IMG/VR virus record: IMGVR_UViG_3300034168_000656
Location: 1 to 34,813 of that record
Length of the DNA stretch: 34,813 bases
From: a virus
Lineage: Duplodnaviria; Caudoviricetes
Direction: 5' to 3' (one strand)
Shown here in pieces: positions 15,246 through 25,293 of this stretch. Below the pieces are notes generated by a model. The model was not told where the DNA came from. It made no database searches and worked only from the letters and a program-made list of their open reading frames with translations. The translations under genes and the position numbers were made by a program. Within the stretch, counting starts at the first letter, position 1, and each line of letters starts with the position of its first letter.

Positions 15246-17003
15246 TTATAAAGAATAAGCGCCTAAAATTAATAAATCAAATTGTCCCGTGTTAGTAACA
15301 CCAGCACCCATGCATCGACTAGCAAAGAAATTTAAACCTTGAGTAGTTAATGGTAAATTAGATGAAATAGTACCTTGTGCACTATTGCCAGTTTCTTTAT
15401 TAGTAACTAAATATAAAACCTCTGAACTATTTGGCGCGTTAAATAATTCTATTGAATAAATAGTGGTCAAAGCTGAACCCGACGTTCTATTTGCAGGGAA
15501 ATTTATTCCTAAATCAATCTTTGTAGCCGTTCCGGTTCCATCGTTATGGTAAACTTGTAAATTAGTATCTAATGAATCTGAACCTACTCCAATGCTGTTA
15601 ATAAGTGATGAAACTAAAACACTATCGGTATATGTTAAATCAGTAGTACCACCTTGCATTCCGTAAAATTGTCTACACCCACTTCCGAATGCTGTATCAC
15701 TAATATAAAAATCACAAACATATTTAAAACCACCACCAAGATAAAATAATAATGCGGAACCTCTTGAACCAGTATAGCGACCAGCAGATGCTACCGACCC
15801 GTAAAACCCTTTACGTATTTGTTTTGTAGCATAATTAGTAGACGCTACCGACCGCGCAATAGTTGAACCAGTTGTTGCTATTGTTATACCACCCGAAGTT
15901 ACTTCCGTCGTAGAATTGTTAGAATAGTTTACACCTCTAAAAGTTTCATTTCCTACCATTTTAGGAATAAAATCTGTAGAGTTCCATAATGCTTTTTCAG
16001 TATCAGTAGTAAATCTATAACTTGCAGTTTGAGTGATATTTGCAGGGTTTGTTGTGTCTACATTTGGAACGTTACCCAGCCCAACTGAAGAACTATTTAT
16101 TTGTTTGTTCTTCCATAAACCAGTAGAAGTTTCATAGCTTAAAAAATCATTATTAGCTTCACTAGATACACTCACTCCGTGCAATTCGTTTAGTTCGTAT
16201 CCATTTTGTATGTGTAATATTATTTTACCAGCTGTTGGGTGAGCATGGGCTACATATCCAATAAATACTGCGTGTGCTGGTTCGTTAGGTACAACATTTA
16301 CAATTTCTCCTGCTGTTTCCGATAACCATAAAGCGTTACCATCTGCAAAAGCTGAAGTATTAATATCATGTATTGTTCCATGTGTAATAATGTAACCATC
16401 CGCATTATTTGCTATGGAAGTTCTAGTTACTCCGATTGTTTTACTAGATGATATTTCTAAACTTGCATCCGCTAGTGTTATGTTTGGTTTTTGTCCCGTA
16501 GCGCCACTAATATAAACTACCTTTGTTTTTGCGATAGTTGAGCCGGTAGAATTTTTAGCTACAAATTCAAGTTTTTCAGAACTATCGACGACCCCATCGT
16601 TATCAGTATCATAAACCGCCTTTGTCATGTCCCCACCCGTAGCAGAGCTAGTTAAATTTTCCCACTTTGAAGTAGTGCCATTATAAACCAAAGATTGACC
16701 GTTGGAAGGCGCAGAAATTGCAACATCGTTTAAGTCATCCAATTGAATAAGTGGCGCTTGAAATCTTACACCCGTATTTGAATAAATGTATTCCTCAAAA
16801 ATATCTTGACTTGCATACGGATCACCTAATTCGTCGTCAACATCTGAAAATACAAAATGATTAACCTTGTTTATTCCATTCATGAATAAAGCGTATGAAG
16901 TAACTCCCGTAATATTCATTATTACATTCTCGCAGTTATCCATCCAAATATCCCCTAATCCATCAACTAGAGCGACAAAATTACCTTTTACATATATTTT
17001 CAT
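15246..17003 (-). CDS. Tail fibre/adhesin-like virion protein (585 aa)
   Basis: Two LxxLxxV...LxY...WxN repeats, DTDNDG motif, G/S/T-rich. Confidence 0.7.
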   Translation of the reverse strand: MKIYVKGNFVALVDGLGDIWMDNCENVIMNITGVTSYALFMNGINKVNHFVFSDVDDELGDPYASQDIFEEYIYSNTGVRFQAPLIQLDDLNDVAISAPSNGQSLVYNGTTSKWENLTSSATGGDMTKAVYDTDNDGVVDSSEKLEFVAKNSTGSTIAKTKVVYISGATGQKPNITLADASLEISSSKTIGVTRTSIANNADGYIITHGTIHDINTSAFADGNALWLSETAGEIVNVVPNEPAHAVFIGYVAHAHPTAGKIILHIQNGYELNELHGVSVSSEANNDFLSYETSTGLWKNKQINSSSVGLGNVPNVDTTNPANITQTASYRFTTDTEKALWNSTDFIPKMVGNETFRGVNYSNNSTTEVTSGGITIATTGSTIARSVASTNYATKQIRKGFYGSVASAGRYTGSRGSALLFYLGGGFKYVCDFYISDTAFGSGCRQFYGMQGGTTDLTYTDSVLVSSLINSIGVGSDSLDTNLQVYHNDGTGTATKIDLGINFPANRTSGSALTTIYSIELFNAPNSSEVLYLVTNKETGNSAQGTISSNLPLTTQGLNFFASRCMGAGVTNTGQFDLLILGAYSL

Positions 17004-17230
17004 TTACTTTCAAATTTTGCTATTACTCGGTAAACTATTCGTTCACTCACTCCGAAAACATCTGAAATATCCGTTATGGATTGAGTCTTTTTAACTCCAT
17101 TTTCCATCTGAAATATGTATGCTTTATAAATTTTGTACCACATCAATACATTGATTGAAACTAAACCGCCCTGAATAAGGCTTGATAACTCCCCGTTATC
17201 ATGTAAACGTTCTAAAATATCTATATTCAT
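17000..17230 (-). CDS. Small HTH protein (76 aa)
   Basis: ITDISDVFGVSERIVYRVI; likely start MNIDIL. Confidence 0.7.
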   Translation of the reverse strand: MNIDILERLHDNGELSSLIQGGLVSINVLMWYKIYKAYIFQMENGVKKTQSITDISDVFGVSERIVYRVIAKFESK

Positions 17231-17243
17231 GGTTGTAAAAGTA

Positions 17244-20030
17244 CTAAAAAATTGAACGATTTTCAATAACTGCCACATTCATTTGTGCGGTGCTTATGTC
17301 CGAAACTGAAACTATTGGATTTGGCATATTTTTAACAGCTTTTAAGAACGCATTTTGTTGAGTGTATTGCGTGTCCATTTGATTTGTAATCATATTCGCA
17401 ACCATACCACCATTAGCAAACTTCATTACGCCACCCTTAGCCATTAAAGGTACACCGCCAGTCGATTGGTTTATATTTGATAAACTATTGATTAATGGAG
17501 TAGCGCGCTTGTTTAGGATAAAGAAACTTTCATCTTTTTCAACTTCTATTTGCGTACCGTCTTCAAACATTCCTTTTGTGCCACCATTCGAATGAGACTT
17601 ACCACCGAACACACCACCTTTTGCAAATTTTGGAGTAGGTTGTGAAGATATTAAACCAACTTGAACAGCACCTAAAATACCAGCTAAAATAGACAAAGGT
17701 ATATTAGGAAGTGAAGCTGTAACACTAACGGCTGTATTCATAACTGCTTTAATTATATTCGCTTGTTTGTCCTTCTCAAATGCTTCTTTTTTTAGCTTTG
17801 ATTCCTTCGCTTTAAATTCCTTATCTAGTGCATCTTTTTTAACTTTGAAATCTTTATCCGAAATTAAACCAGAATCTAATTGTGATTGTAATAACGTTTG
17901 TTTTTCGTCGTTTTTGTTTTGCTCGTCTGTTAGTTCGTTTTGAATTCTATTTTGTGTAATTTGACTTAAAGCATCCGTTAATTGTACAGCTGAATTTAAA
18001 GTAATTATTGTTTGCTGTTGTAACTTTTTTTGTTCATCCGTTAGCTCGTTTTCCTTTGTAACTTTTTTTGCTGTATAAACTTCTTGTCCAATTTTTAAAG
18101 TTTCTTGACCAGCTTTTTTTTCTATTAATGCAATTTCTTCTTTTGTTTTTTTGCCAGCTTTTATTTCTGCATCCGCATTTTCTTGAATAACCTTAATTCT
18201 TTCCGCTTGCAAATCTTTGAACGTTGCTAATTTATCCGCTTCATTTGTCGCTTGCAAGTGTTTTGTTTCCGCGTCAATCAAACGTATTTCTTGATCAGTC
18301 TTTTTAGCGTTTAAAACTTTCTGTGCGTTTAAATCTTTATCTAGTTTTTTGTATTCCTCTGTGCGTTGTTCTGTTTCTATTTTATATTTTGATTCAATAT
18401 CTTTTACCTGTAAATCATACTTTCTTTTTTCAGCAAGTTGTAAAGCACCGCCTAATTTTAAATCTTTTATAGATTCTTCATAATTAGATTTTGCACGTTT
18501 TAAATCATCCGCTTTTTGTTCTTCATCCAAAGAATTTAAAGCATTTACTTTACGTTTCTGAATTTCTAAAATTTCATCCGCATTACCTTCTGCATTGTCT
18601 AACTCAAATTTAAAGTTCGCTTCTAATTTTTGTCTACGTAAATTATTGCCAGCATCTTCATTATCTAGTAATAAGTCATTCAGTCTTTTTTGCAGTTCAG
18701 TAACTTTTGAATTGTGGTCTTCACCTGCCTTTAACGCTTTGTCATTTGCTTCTTTTTGTCTATCCGATATGTCTTTATTACCTTCAGCTACTAATGTTTT
18801 TCTTTGGTCTTCATGTTTTGCAAGTTCTTGTATTAAATTATTTCTATTTGTTTCAGCTTCTTTTAATGCTTCATCCGCTATCTTTGCTTTTTCTTCATTT
18901 CCTTGTTTTTCATATTTTAATTTCAAAGCGGCTTGTTCAAAAAAAGCTTTTGACTCCTTTTTATATTCTGCGTTTTGGCTAGCTTGAAAATCTTTTAAGG
19001 CTTTAAGTTTCATTTTATTTAAAGTCTCAATAGATGCGCCTTCCAATTCCGCACGTCTTATTTGCAAGTCTGAAATTTCCTTTGCTGTGTCGCGTTGTTC
19101 TTGGATTGCTTTAATGTTGTCCCTAATAGCTTTCGTATGTTTTTCTTGTGCTTTTATTTGTTTTTCGTTTACTGCATCACTCCATAATTTTAAAGCTCCT
19201 ACAATAGCGACAATAACACCAACCATTAAGAATAACGGATTTGCTAGTATAGCTTTACCTAAACTTAATAATGCGCTACCCATGTTTTTTAGACCGCCTA
19301 GAATCTCTTTAAATGTCATTCCCTTAGAAATAACCGCCATTTGTTTCATTTTTTCAGAAACACCAGCAAAATCTAGGTTCATTAAATCTTCTTTGATAAG
19401 TCCTAAATTGTTGGATAGTTTTTCAAAACCCGTTCCACCGGATGAGGCTTTTACGTTCTCATTTACCTCTTTTATTTTATCCCCTAACTCACCCGCTTTG
19501 TCACTAGCTTGTTGATATTCCTCGGAACCGGCATCTAAGCCCGCCATTTCGTTTTTAAGTTCCTTTAATTGTTTCTTTAAATCCTGTAAAGAAGTTCCAT
19601 AATTACCAACATTTCTACGTGTATCACCTATTGCGCCTTCTTGTTCTTTTAAACTATCTGAAATCGCTTTAGTGCTAGCTTGTAATTGCTTACCTATTGT
19701 GCTATTTTCTCTTTGTTCTTGTGAAAGTGCATTGTATGCAGTAGTTCCTAGCGCTAGCGCTTCGCGCATTTCATTAATAGACCCTTTGTTTGTCTTGTTT
19801 AGTTTCTCGTTAATAAGTAATGCCTTTGCTGAATCATTTAAAACCTTACTTTGCATTCTTATTTCAGCAGAAACCTTAGCATATTCAGGAGTCAAAGCGC
19901 CTGTACTTGCTTTCAACTCTTTTTGTTTAATTTTAAGTTCCTCTAATTTTTTACTAGCTTCTTCTCCTGACTTCTTTAAATCAGCAGTATCCAAAGTAAC
20001 CTTTAATAATATTGTTTTTTCTTCGCTCAT
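17244..20030 (-). CDS. Tail tape measure protein (928 aa)
   Basis: Long coiled coil, RNVGNY, hydrophobic ANPLFLMVG segment, repeated FAxGG motifs at the C-terminus. Confidence 0.9.
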   Translation of the reverse strand: MSEEKTILLKVTLDTADLKKSGEEASKKLEELKIKQKELKASTGALTPEYAKVSAEIRMQSKVLNDSAKALLINEKLNKTNKGSINEMREALALGTTAYNALSQEQRENSTIGKQLQASTKAISDSLKEQEGAIGDTRRNVGNYGTSLQDLKKQLKELKNEMAGLDAGSEEYQQASDKAGELGDKIKEVNENVKASSGGTGFEKLSNNLGLIKEDLMNLDFAGVSEKMKQMAVISKGMTFKEILGGLKNMGSALLSLGKAILANPLFLMVGVIVAIVGALKLWSDAVNEKQIKAQEKHTKAIRDNIKAIQEQRDTAKEISDLQIRRAELEGASIETLNKMKLKALKDFQASQNAEYKKESKAFFEQAALKLKYEKQGNEEKAKIADEALKEAETNRNNLIQELAKHEDQRKTLVAEGNKDISDRQKEANDKALKAGEDHNSKVTELQKRLNDLLLDNEDAGNNLRRQKLEANFKFELDNAEGNADEILEIQKRKVNALNSLDEEQKADDLKRAKSNYEESIKDLKLGGALQLAEKRKYDLQVKDIESKYKIETEQRTEEYKKLDKDLNAQKVLNAKKTDQEIRLIDAETKHLQATNEADKLATFKDLQAERIKVIQENADAEIKAGKKTKEEIALIEKKAGQETLKIGQEVYTAKKVTKENELTDEQKKLQQQTIITLNSAVQLTDALSQITQNRIQNELTDEQNKNDEKQTLLQSQLDSGLISDKDFKVKKDALDKEFKAKESKLKKEAFEKDKQANIIKAVMNTAVSVTASLPNIPLSILAGILGAVQVGLISSQPTPKFAKGGVFGGKSHSNGGTKGMFEDGTQIEVEKDESFFILNKRATPLINSLSNINQSTGGVPLMAKGGVMKFANGGMVANMITNQMDTQYTQQNAFLKAVKNMPNPIVSVSDISTAQMNVAVIENRSIF

Positions 20031-21967
20031 AGTCTTACAAGTTCTACGTTTGTTAGTCCTTTTTTATAGTTGCTAATCGTATTTATATAAAAGTAGTTAT
20101 TAATGCTTAATTCTGGTATATCCAATAAAATAGGTATAGTAAAATCTAACTCCTGGATATCTTTACCATTCAATTTAACAACTGCATTTATAACCTTTGT
20201 TTCAGTTAATATTTCTTTGATTGTTTTGTAATATGAACTTGAAAGCACATCCATACCCTCGAATTTACATGAAGGAATACTACTCGTTTTTTTTATTGTT
20301 GTAACACCATCCGTATAATCGATACTTATATTCTTTTGTTGTAATGTTAAAATTCTATACTCTGGGTTTTGCCACTCATTATTTACATCTAAAGCCTTAA
20401 TCTTTGGAATATTTAACCCTAAATACTTTGCTTTTTGTTCAGTAGCAGGATGCCCTAATTCAACTACTGTTTTTTCAGCTGCTAAATTTACATTTGCAAC
20501 TTCAAAATATGAATCTCCTAAATTAGCGGTAACACTATCCAATGATTTAAAACGTAGCCAGTTCTTTTGAGCGTAATTCCCAAAGGTATATGATAGCTCA
20601 CTAATCGAATGTAATTTATCACTCCAATTTTTTGCTATTGCTTTGTTGTTTTTAATATCATCAAACGTGTTTATCTTAATCGTACGTAAATAACTATTAG
20701 TTTGTATAACTAGACCTCTTAAATTCAATGTATCCTTTAAAAAATCTTTGACTTTCATAGTGAAAATATCGGAGTATCTAAACTTTGAATTAAGCGCGAT
20801 TTGTTCTGACTCGGTAAACATGAACACATCATGCTCATTTACCTTTGCTCCTACATTTATTAGACTATTTATATTTGAATGTTGTTCACATGCTACATGT
20901 AAAACTATGTAATATTTCCTATTTGGTTGAAATGTATTTATTGAAGTCTCAATGTTAACTACAAATTCAGTATTATAATTTAATTTAGTAGCTACATCTA
21001 ATACTACGTTTGTAACGTAATTATTTCCTAAATCATCTTTAATTGACGCACTTACGTATACTCCCCTAGTTTGTCTTATTTGACTCCATGTATAATTACC
21101 TACTGATATCCATGATAAAATAACTGTGCTGCTGAAAGCTAATTTACCTCTTTTATAGGTACTAGGTTGGTAGTACATAGATATTGCGTTGGTGTAAAAA
21201 GGATCTGCAAGGTTATTTATTTTTGGATATACATCCATAGATACGGACAAACCACCCTCTGGTACGGACAAATATTTCTTCCATAATCCAAACTGTGTAT
21301 TTTTTGCAACTATGGTAGTAGGTTGTTTATTCGTGAATTCGTTAGGCGTTAACAATCCGTTTAAATGTGCATCACTAGTTATGTGTGAGCCAGTAAACGT
21401 ATATTTTATAAATGATTCAATTTTTTTGAATATAGAGGTATGAAGCAAACACGGCAACATGTGATTAATATTTGCATTGTAATTTGTAGCTAAAAAAGAA
21501 TCGTTATCACTCATCCAATCAATCAACGGATAAATGTAAGGTTTCGATTTGTCGTTACTATTTACCACGTTATTGAGAGTCCATGTAATAGATTCATCAC
21601 CGTATAATTGTCCTACCGTAGTATCGCCTAATAATGTATTTAAATCACTATTGCCAGAAGTAATTGACAAGTTGTAATATCCGTTTTCGAAACTAGAAAT
21701 TACAGCCGTTCCATTTGATACAATTTCAACTCCATTCTCAATATATGTAGCGCTTAATTTTCTATATGGTATTTTTGTAGCGCTATTGATTAAATGTGAA
21801 AGCTCCAAAGCTATCTTGTTATTTTGTGTAATCGGTACTTTTATTGTGTTTGAAAACGAGCTATTTCTATTCTGTAATTCACCAATATTATTAGCACTAA
21901 AAGATATTCCAATAGCTGTGCTATCCGATAGTTCTAATAACTTATCATTTATATACAGCTCTCTCAT
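20027..21967 (-). CDS. Putative tail tip/baseplate hub protein (646 aa)
   Basis: ELYIND...RNSSFSNTIKVPIT N-terminus; adjacent to the tape measure gene. Confidence 0.6.
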   Translation of the reverse strand: MRELYINDKLLELSDSTAIGISFSANNIGELQNRNSSFSNTIKVPITQNNKIALELSHLINSATKIPYRKLSATYIENGVEIVSNGTAVISSFENGYYNLSITSGNSDLNTLLGDTTVGQLYGDESITWTLNNVVNSNDKSKPYIYPLIDWMSDNDSFLATNYNANINHMLPCLLHTSIFKKIESFIKYTFTGSHITSDAHLNGLLTPNEFTNKQPTTIVAKNTQFGLWKKYLSVPEGGLSVSMDVYPKINNLADPFYTNAISMYYQPSTYKRGKLAFSSTVILSWISVGNYTWSQIRQTRGVYVSASIKDDLGNNYVTNVVLDVATKLNYNTEFVVNIETSINTFQPNRKYYIVLHVACEQHSNINSLINVGAKVNEHDVFMFTESEQIALNSKFRYSDIFTMKVKDFLKDTLNLRGLVIQTNSYLRTIKINTFDDIKNNKAIAKNWSDKLHSISELSYTFGNYAQKNWLRFKSLDSVTANLGDSYFEVANVNLAAEKTVVELGHPATEQKAKYLGLNIPKIKALDVNNEWQNPEYRILTLQQKNISIDYTDGVTTIKKTSSIPSCKFEGMDVLSSSYYKTIKEILTETKVINAVVKLNGKDIQELDFTIPILLDIPELSINNYFYINTISNYKKGLTNVELVRL

Positions 21968-22428
21968 CGTACTTGAATATTGATATTAGGTAAATCAATC
22001 TGAATTTCAAATACATTTCTTATCTGCGAAGATTGGTACAGTTTAAATGATCCTTTATTTACCCTTACATTTAACCATTTAGCGCCTTCTGATTCCCAAC
22101 TTTCTGGATTGCTCAACATTTCAACTGCAGGAGAATACAAAAGAGTTTTTAAACCTTCGATATCTTCAGCGTCAATTAAAGAATTTACAATTATAACGTT
22201 ATTCGCATTATTTGTAAGTTCAAATACATCTCCCCTAGAATTTTCTAGTAATTGATTTGTAACCTTAAACGAACCTCCTTCCGAAGTATCTAATTGTTTA
22301 ACGTTTACTTTATTAAAAAGCCAGTGTTCACGACCTCCCAAAGTATTCATCCATGATAAAAACACTGGATAACCTACGCATTCCCTATCTACTTTTATTG
22401 TTTTTATTTCTGTAATTATAGCAGGCAT
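21964..22428 (-). CDS. Putative tail structural protein (154 aa)
   Basis: WMNTLGGREHWLF motif; position in the tail module. Confidence 0.55.
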   Translation of the reverse strand: MPAIITEIKTIKVDRECVGYPVFLSWMNTLGGREHWLFNKVNVKQLDTSEGGSFKVTNQLLENSRGDVFELTNNANNVIIVNSLIDAEDIEGLKTLLYSPAVEMLSNPESWESEGAKWLNVRVNKGSFKLYQSSQIRNVFEIQIDLPNINIQVR

Positions 22429-22439
22429 ATTTAATATTT

Positions 22440-23540
22440 TTATTCGCGATTATAAGGACCTCTAAAAACAAAAGGCATAGTAACTGGAGAGAAAATTTCG
22501 AAAGGTAAAAATACCAATTCAGAATATTCTTCATCCCAGTGTACAGGACTCCATGTAGTTACGGTGTTAGATTCTAACCATACATCGATAGTCTTAACAC
22601 TTGATGTATAACCTTGCTTCAACATTAATCTATTTGAATAACCCCTAGAATTCATGTTTAATAAATCCGTTGTACTTGCTATTTGAGTGCCGTTTAAATT
22701 CTTTGTAACTTCTCTTTTACGTATTTCTATATTTTCTAAATTGTCAGAGTAGATGAAATTCAAAGAGAATGGATAACCTACGAAATAAGTAGGTTTTTTA
22801 AAAACGCTTTGAAACTTTGCCTTGTCGGTTCTTGTGTTGTCAATCGTAGGCACATAATCAGCCATATTTTCGCTGTATGATTCCTGTACTTGTTTTGTTG
22901 CATTGACCCAATAGAATAGATTTACATTTGATAAAATAGTGAATGGATTAGTTTCTTTACCATCAAATACTTCCCTCCATGTAATATTAAACTGGCTCCC
23001 CTCTCCGATTTGTTTTTGATTTAAAACGTCATACTTAAAATCATTCCTGAATATACATTTCGTTTGTAACCATTCCTGTACATTTACTTTTATTTCTCCT
23101 TTGTCGTTATCAGTTACTTTAGTTGTCCCTATGAATTCAAAGGTGTTAGTAGCGTCTACAGCATAGATATTTACCTCTAAATAATAGCTTGAATAAGAGT
23201 CTTTTAATAATAAAAAACCACCATTTAAAGTATTGTTTGAAATCTTTTCAATCACTAAAACTTTAGATTTTATTGTTATAACCTTTGCAGTGTATTTCAC
23301 ACCATTAACTATATATGTAATGTTTTGATTTACTTTTAAAACTGTTGGAAGTAATCCGTCAAAATATAAGTCAGTGCATGGGTTAAATTTTAAGTTAGCA
23401 AAGTATTTTGAAGGAATAGCTTTTATAACTTTAAAATCTTGACGCTGAAATTCAAAAGTAATAGATTGATGGACAGCATTCCACTTACTTTTTTTAGTCT
23501 TAATATCCCTTTGCGGTTGCTTAATTACTACTACTGCCAT
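22440..23540 (-). CDS. Putative tail structural protein (366 aa)
   Basis: Beta-rich; position in the tail module. Confidence 0.55.
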   Translation of the reverse strand: MAVVVIKQPQRDIKTKKSKWNAVHQSITFEFQRQDFKVIKAIPSKYFANLKFNPCTDLYFDGLLPTVLKVNQNITYIVNGVKYTAKVITIKSKVLVIEKISNNTLNGGFLLLKDSYSSYYLEVNIYAVDATNTFEFIGTTKVTDNDKGEIKVNVQEWLQTKCIFRNDFKYDVLNQKQIGEGSQFNITWREVFDGKETNPFTILSNVNLFYWVNATKQVQESYSENMADYVPTIDNTRTDKAKFQSVFKKPTYFVGYPFSLNFIYSDNLENIEIRKREVTKNLNGTQIASTTDLLNMNSRGYSNRLMLKQGYTSSVKTIDVWLESNTVTTWSPVHWDEEYSELVFLPFEIFSPVTMPFVFRGPYNRE

Positions 23541-23991
23541 TCGTTACTATGTTTTCTATTGATACGTAATATTGATTTGCTAGTAAATTTAACAAATTAT
23601 TTATTCTTTGAGGTGTCAAAATAGGGTCAAAGATTTTATTGCCACCACCACGTTGCCAAAGCAAGGTTCCGTTAACGTGAATTGATTTAGAAATAGCCCA
23701 ACTTAATTGGTCTTTTGTAGGTATAACTCCGTTTGATTTTGCCTTTGGTGTAATGCCTTTTTCATCAATCCATTTACGTATAATTTGCTGTAGTGTTGGG
23801 TTTCCTGTCCTTGCATTTTGCGAAGTTGGTTTACGGCCATCGATTAAAACTCTAATAAATGGACTCGCTGAAATAGTTAGTGTATCTTCGCTATGTTCCG
23901 ATTCAATAGAACTAGCAAACCTACCACTGACTTTTTGAAGTTCTGGAATAATCGTATCGGTAAATTGCTTAAATATTTCTTCATTTGTCAT
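23521..23991 (-). CDS. Putative neck/tail-completion protein
   Basis: SGRFASSI...DGRKP...WI...AISKSIHVNGT pattern. Confidence 0.55.
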   Translation of the reverse strand: MTNEEIFKQFTDTIIPELQKVSGRFASSIESEHSEDTLTISASPFIRVLIDGRKPTSQNARTGNPTLQQIIRKWIDEKGITPKAKSNGVIPTKDQLSWAISKSIHVNGTLLWQRGGGNKIFDPILTPQRINNLLNLLANQYYVSIENIVTNGSSSN

Positions 23992-24200
23992 AAAGCATAA
24001 AGAAAAAATATACCTCCAATAATAGCAATTATAGAAACTAATATAAGATAGTTTTTAGTAGTAAGCAATTCCATTCGCCTAGCGTTATTTATTTTTTGTT
24101 CAGATATTTCCATACGTTCAGCAATATCTAATATTGTACTAGGCTTATTTAAATGCCTAATCATTTGTCTTTTTTGTTGTCTAGTTAGTTTCATTCGCAA
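23988..24200 (-). CDS. Hypothetical protein with C-terminal TM helix
   Basis: YLILVSIIAIIGGIFFLYAL; an alternative start at 24194 would be ATGA-coupled. Confidence 0.65.
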   Translation of the reverse strand: MRMKLTRQQKRQMIRHLNKPSTILDIAERMEISEQKINNARRMELLTTKNYLILVSIIAIIGGIFFLYAL

Positions 24201-24634
24201 ACACTATCTTCGTTAATCATTCTCAAATTAAACGGCATCATAATACCGCTCATGTTAGTGTCAAATAAGTTTTGAACTTGCACACATTCACCAACCGTAA
24301 ATTCAGTTACGTAATCGGTTTTGTTATCTAGTAATAATTGAAATTCACGTTGAGCATTTTCAGCTAATAAATATACACTTTCTTTTTGACTTGCTGAATC
24401 GTCTAACTCCGATTTAAACAAGAACAAAGCCGTACAAATATAGTTACGTTGATAAGCTCCTGTTGAGGTTACAACTGGTTTATACTTCATAGGCATATCT
24501 AAATAAACACATGGAAGTAACTGTTCATCTGCCATTACGTTTTGAAAGTCAGATTCAGCATGTAAAAACGTGTATGTTTTACTGTTTGAATTCATAACCG
24601 CCACAACATCCGCTATTAATTGTCTTATTGTCAT
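24191..24634 (-). CDS. Putative tail terminator-like protein
   Basis: 147 aa, acidic, LPCVYL motif, position. Confidence 0.5.
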   Translation of the reverse strand: MTIRQLIADVVAVMNSNSKTYTFLHAESDFQNVMADEQLLPCVYLDMPMKYKPVVTSTGAYQRNYICTALFLFKSELDDSASQKESVYLLAENAQREFQLLLDNKTDYVTEFTVGECVQVQNLFDTNMSGIMMPFNLRMINEDSVCE

Positions 24635-25293
24635 TTTTCTTTTATTATTTCTGAATAGTTTTTTTCAAATTTACTACTTATATTCATTCTAAATAGAATT
24701 AAAAATATCAAATTGTAAGGCAGTTGTTCAACCTCACTATGGGTGTAATTATAATCCCTAGCAATTAAATCAATAGTATTAAAATCCCCTAGTTGGTTAA
24801 ACATTTCGATTCCGGCTCTTTTTTGTTCCTCGGTTATCTTAGATTCCAAAGCGTTATTGTCACGTTCTAAAATATCGTTAACCTTATCTAATAGGTACAA
24901 ATAAGCCCCGTAAACCGACTCAACACTATCATTTAATATAAATTCCTCATCTATTCCACTATACACGCTTAAAAGTTTCGTAGGGTTATCCAAATTAGAA
25001 CACGCTTGTATTTTCTTTTCAAATGAATGTTCCCCTATATCATCCGGTAATTTTATATCTAAATAGTAATCCGTTTTTTCTATTATTTCAAATGGATTTT
25101 CTTGTAAAAATTCCAAATAAGGCGCTATTTCGTTTAGGTCTATAAAAGATTGTTCGCCAACGGATAAACCGGTTAATTTTTCGATTATTTCCGGCTCGGT
25201 TGCATCCTGAAAAAAATTTAAGTCACAACATTTAATATCCCTCCAAGATGTTGGTATAGTGAAATCTTTTAGTTTAGTTTTGAACTTTATCAT
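24631..25293 (-). CDS. Hypothetical protein, possible tail assembly chaperone
   Basis: Acidic, 220 aa; the C-terminal IDLIA...EVEQLPY segment resembles chaperone tails. Confidence 0.45.
   Translation of the reverse strand: MIKFKTKLKDFTIPTSWRDIKCCDLNFFQDATEPEIIEKLTGLSVGEQSFIDLNEIAPYLEFLQENPFEIIEKTDYYLDIKLPDDIGEHSFEKKIQACSNLDNPTKLLSVYSGIDEEFILNDSVESVYGAYLYLLDKVNDILERDNNALESKITEEQKRAGIEMFNQLGDFNTIDLIARDYNYTHSEVEQLPYNLIFLILFRMNISSKFEKNYSEIIKEK

Noticed and set aside
7294-17003. Diversity-generating retroelement or invertible fibre cassette
   Set aside because: No reverse transcriptase or invertase, and I saw no template/variable repeat pair.
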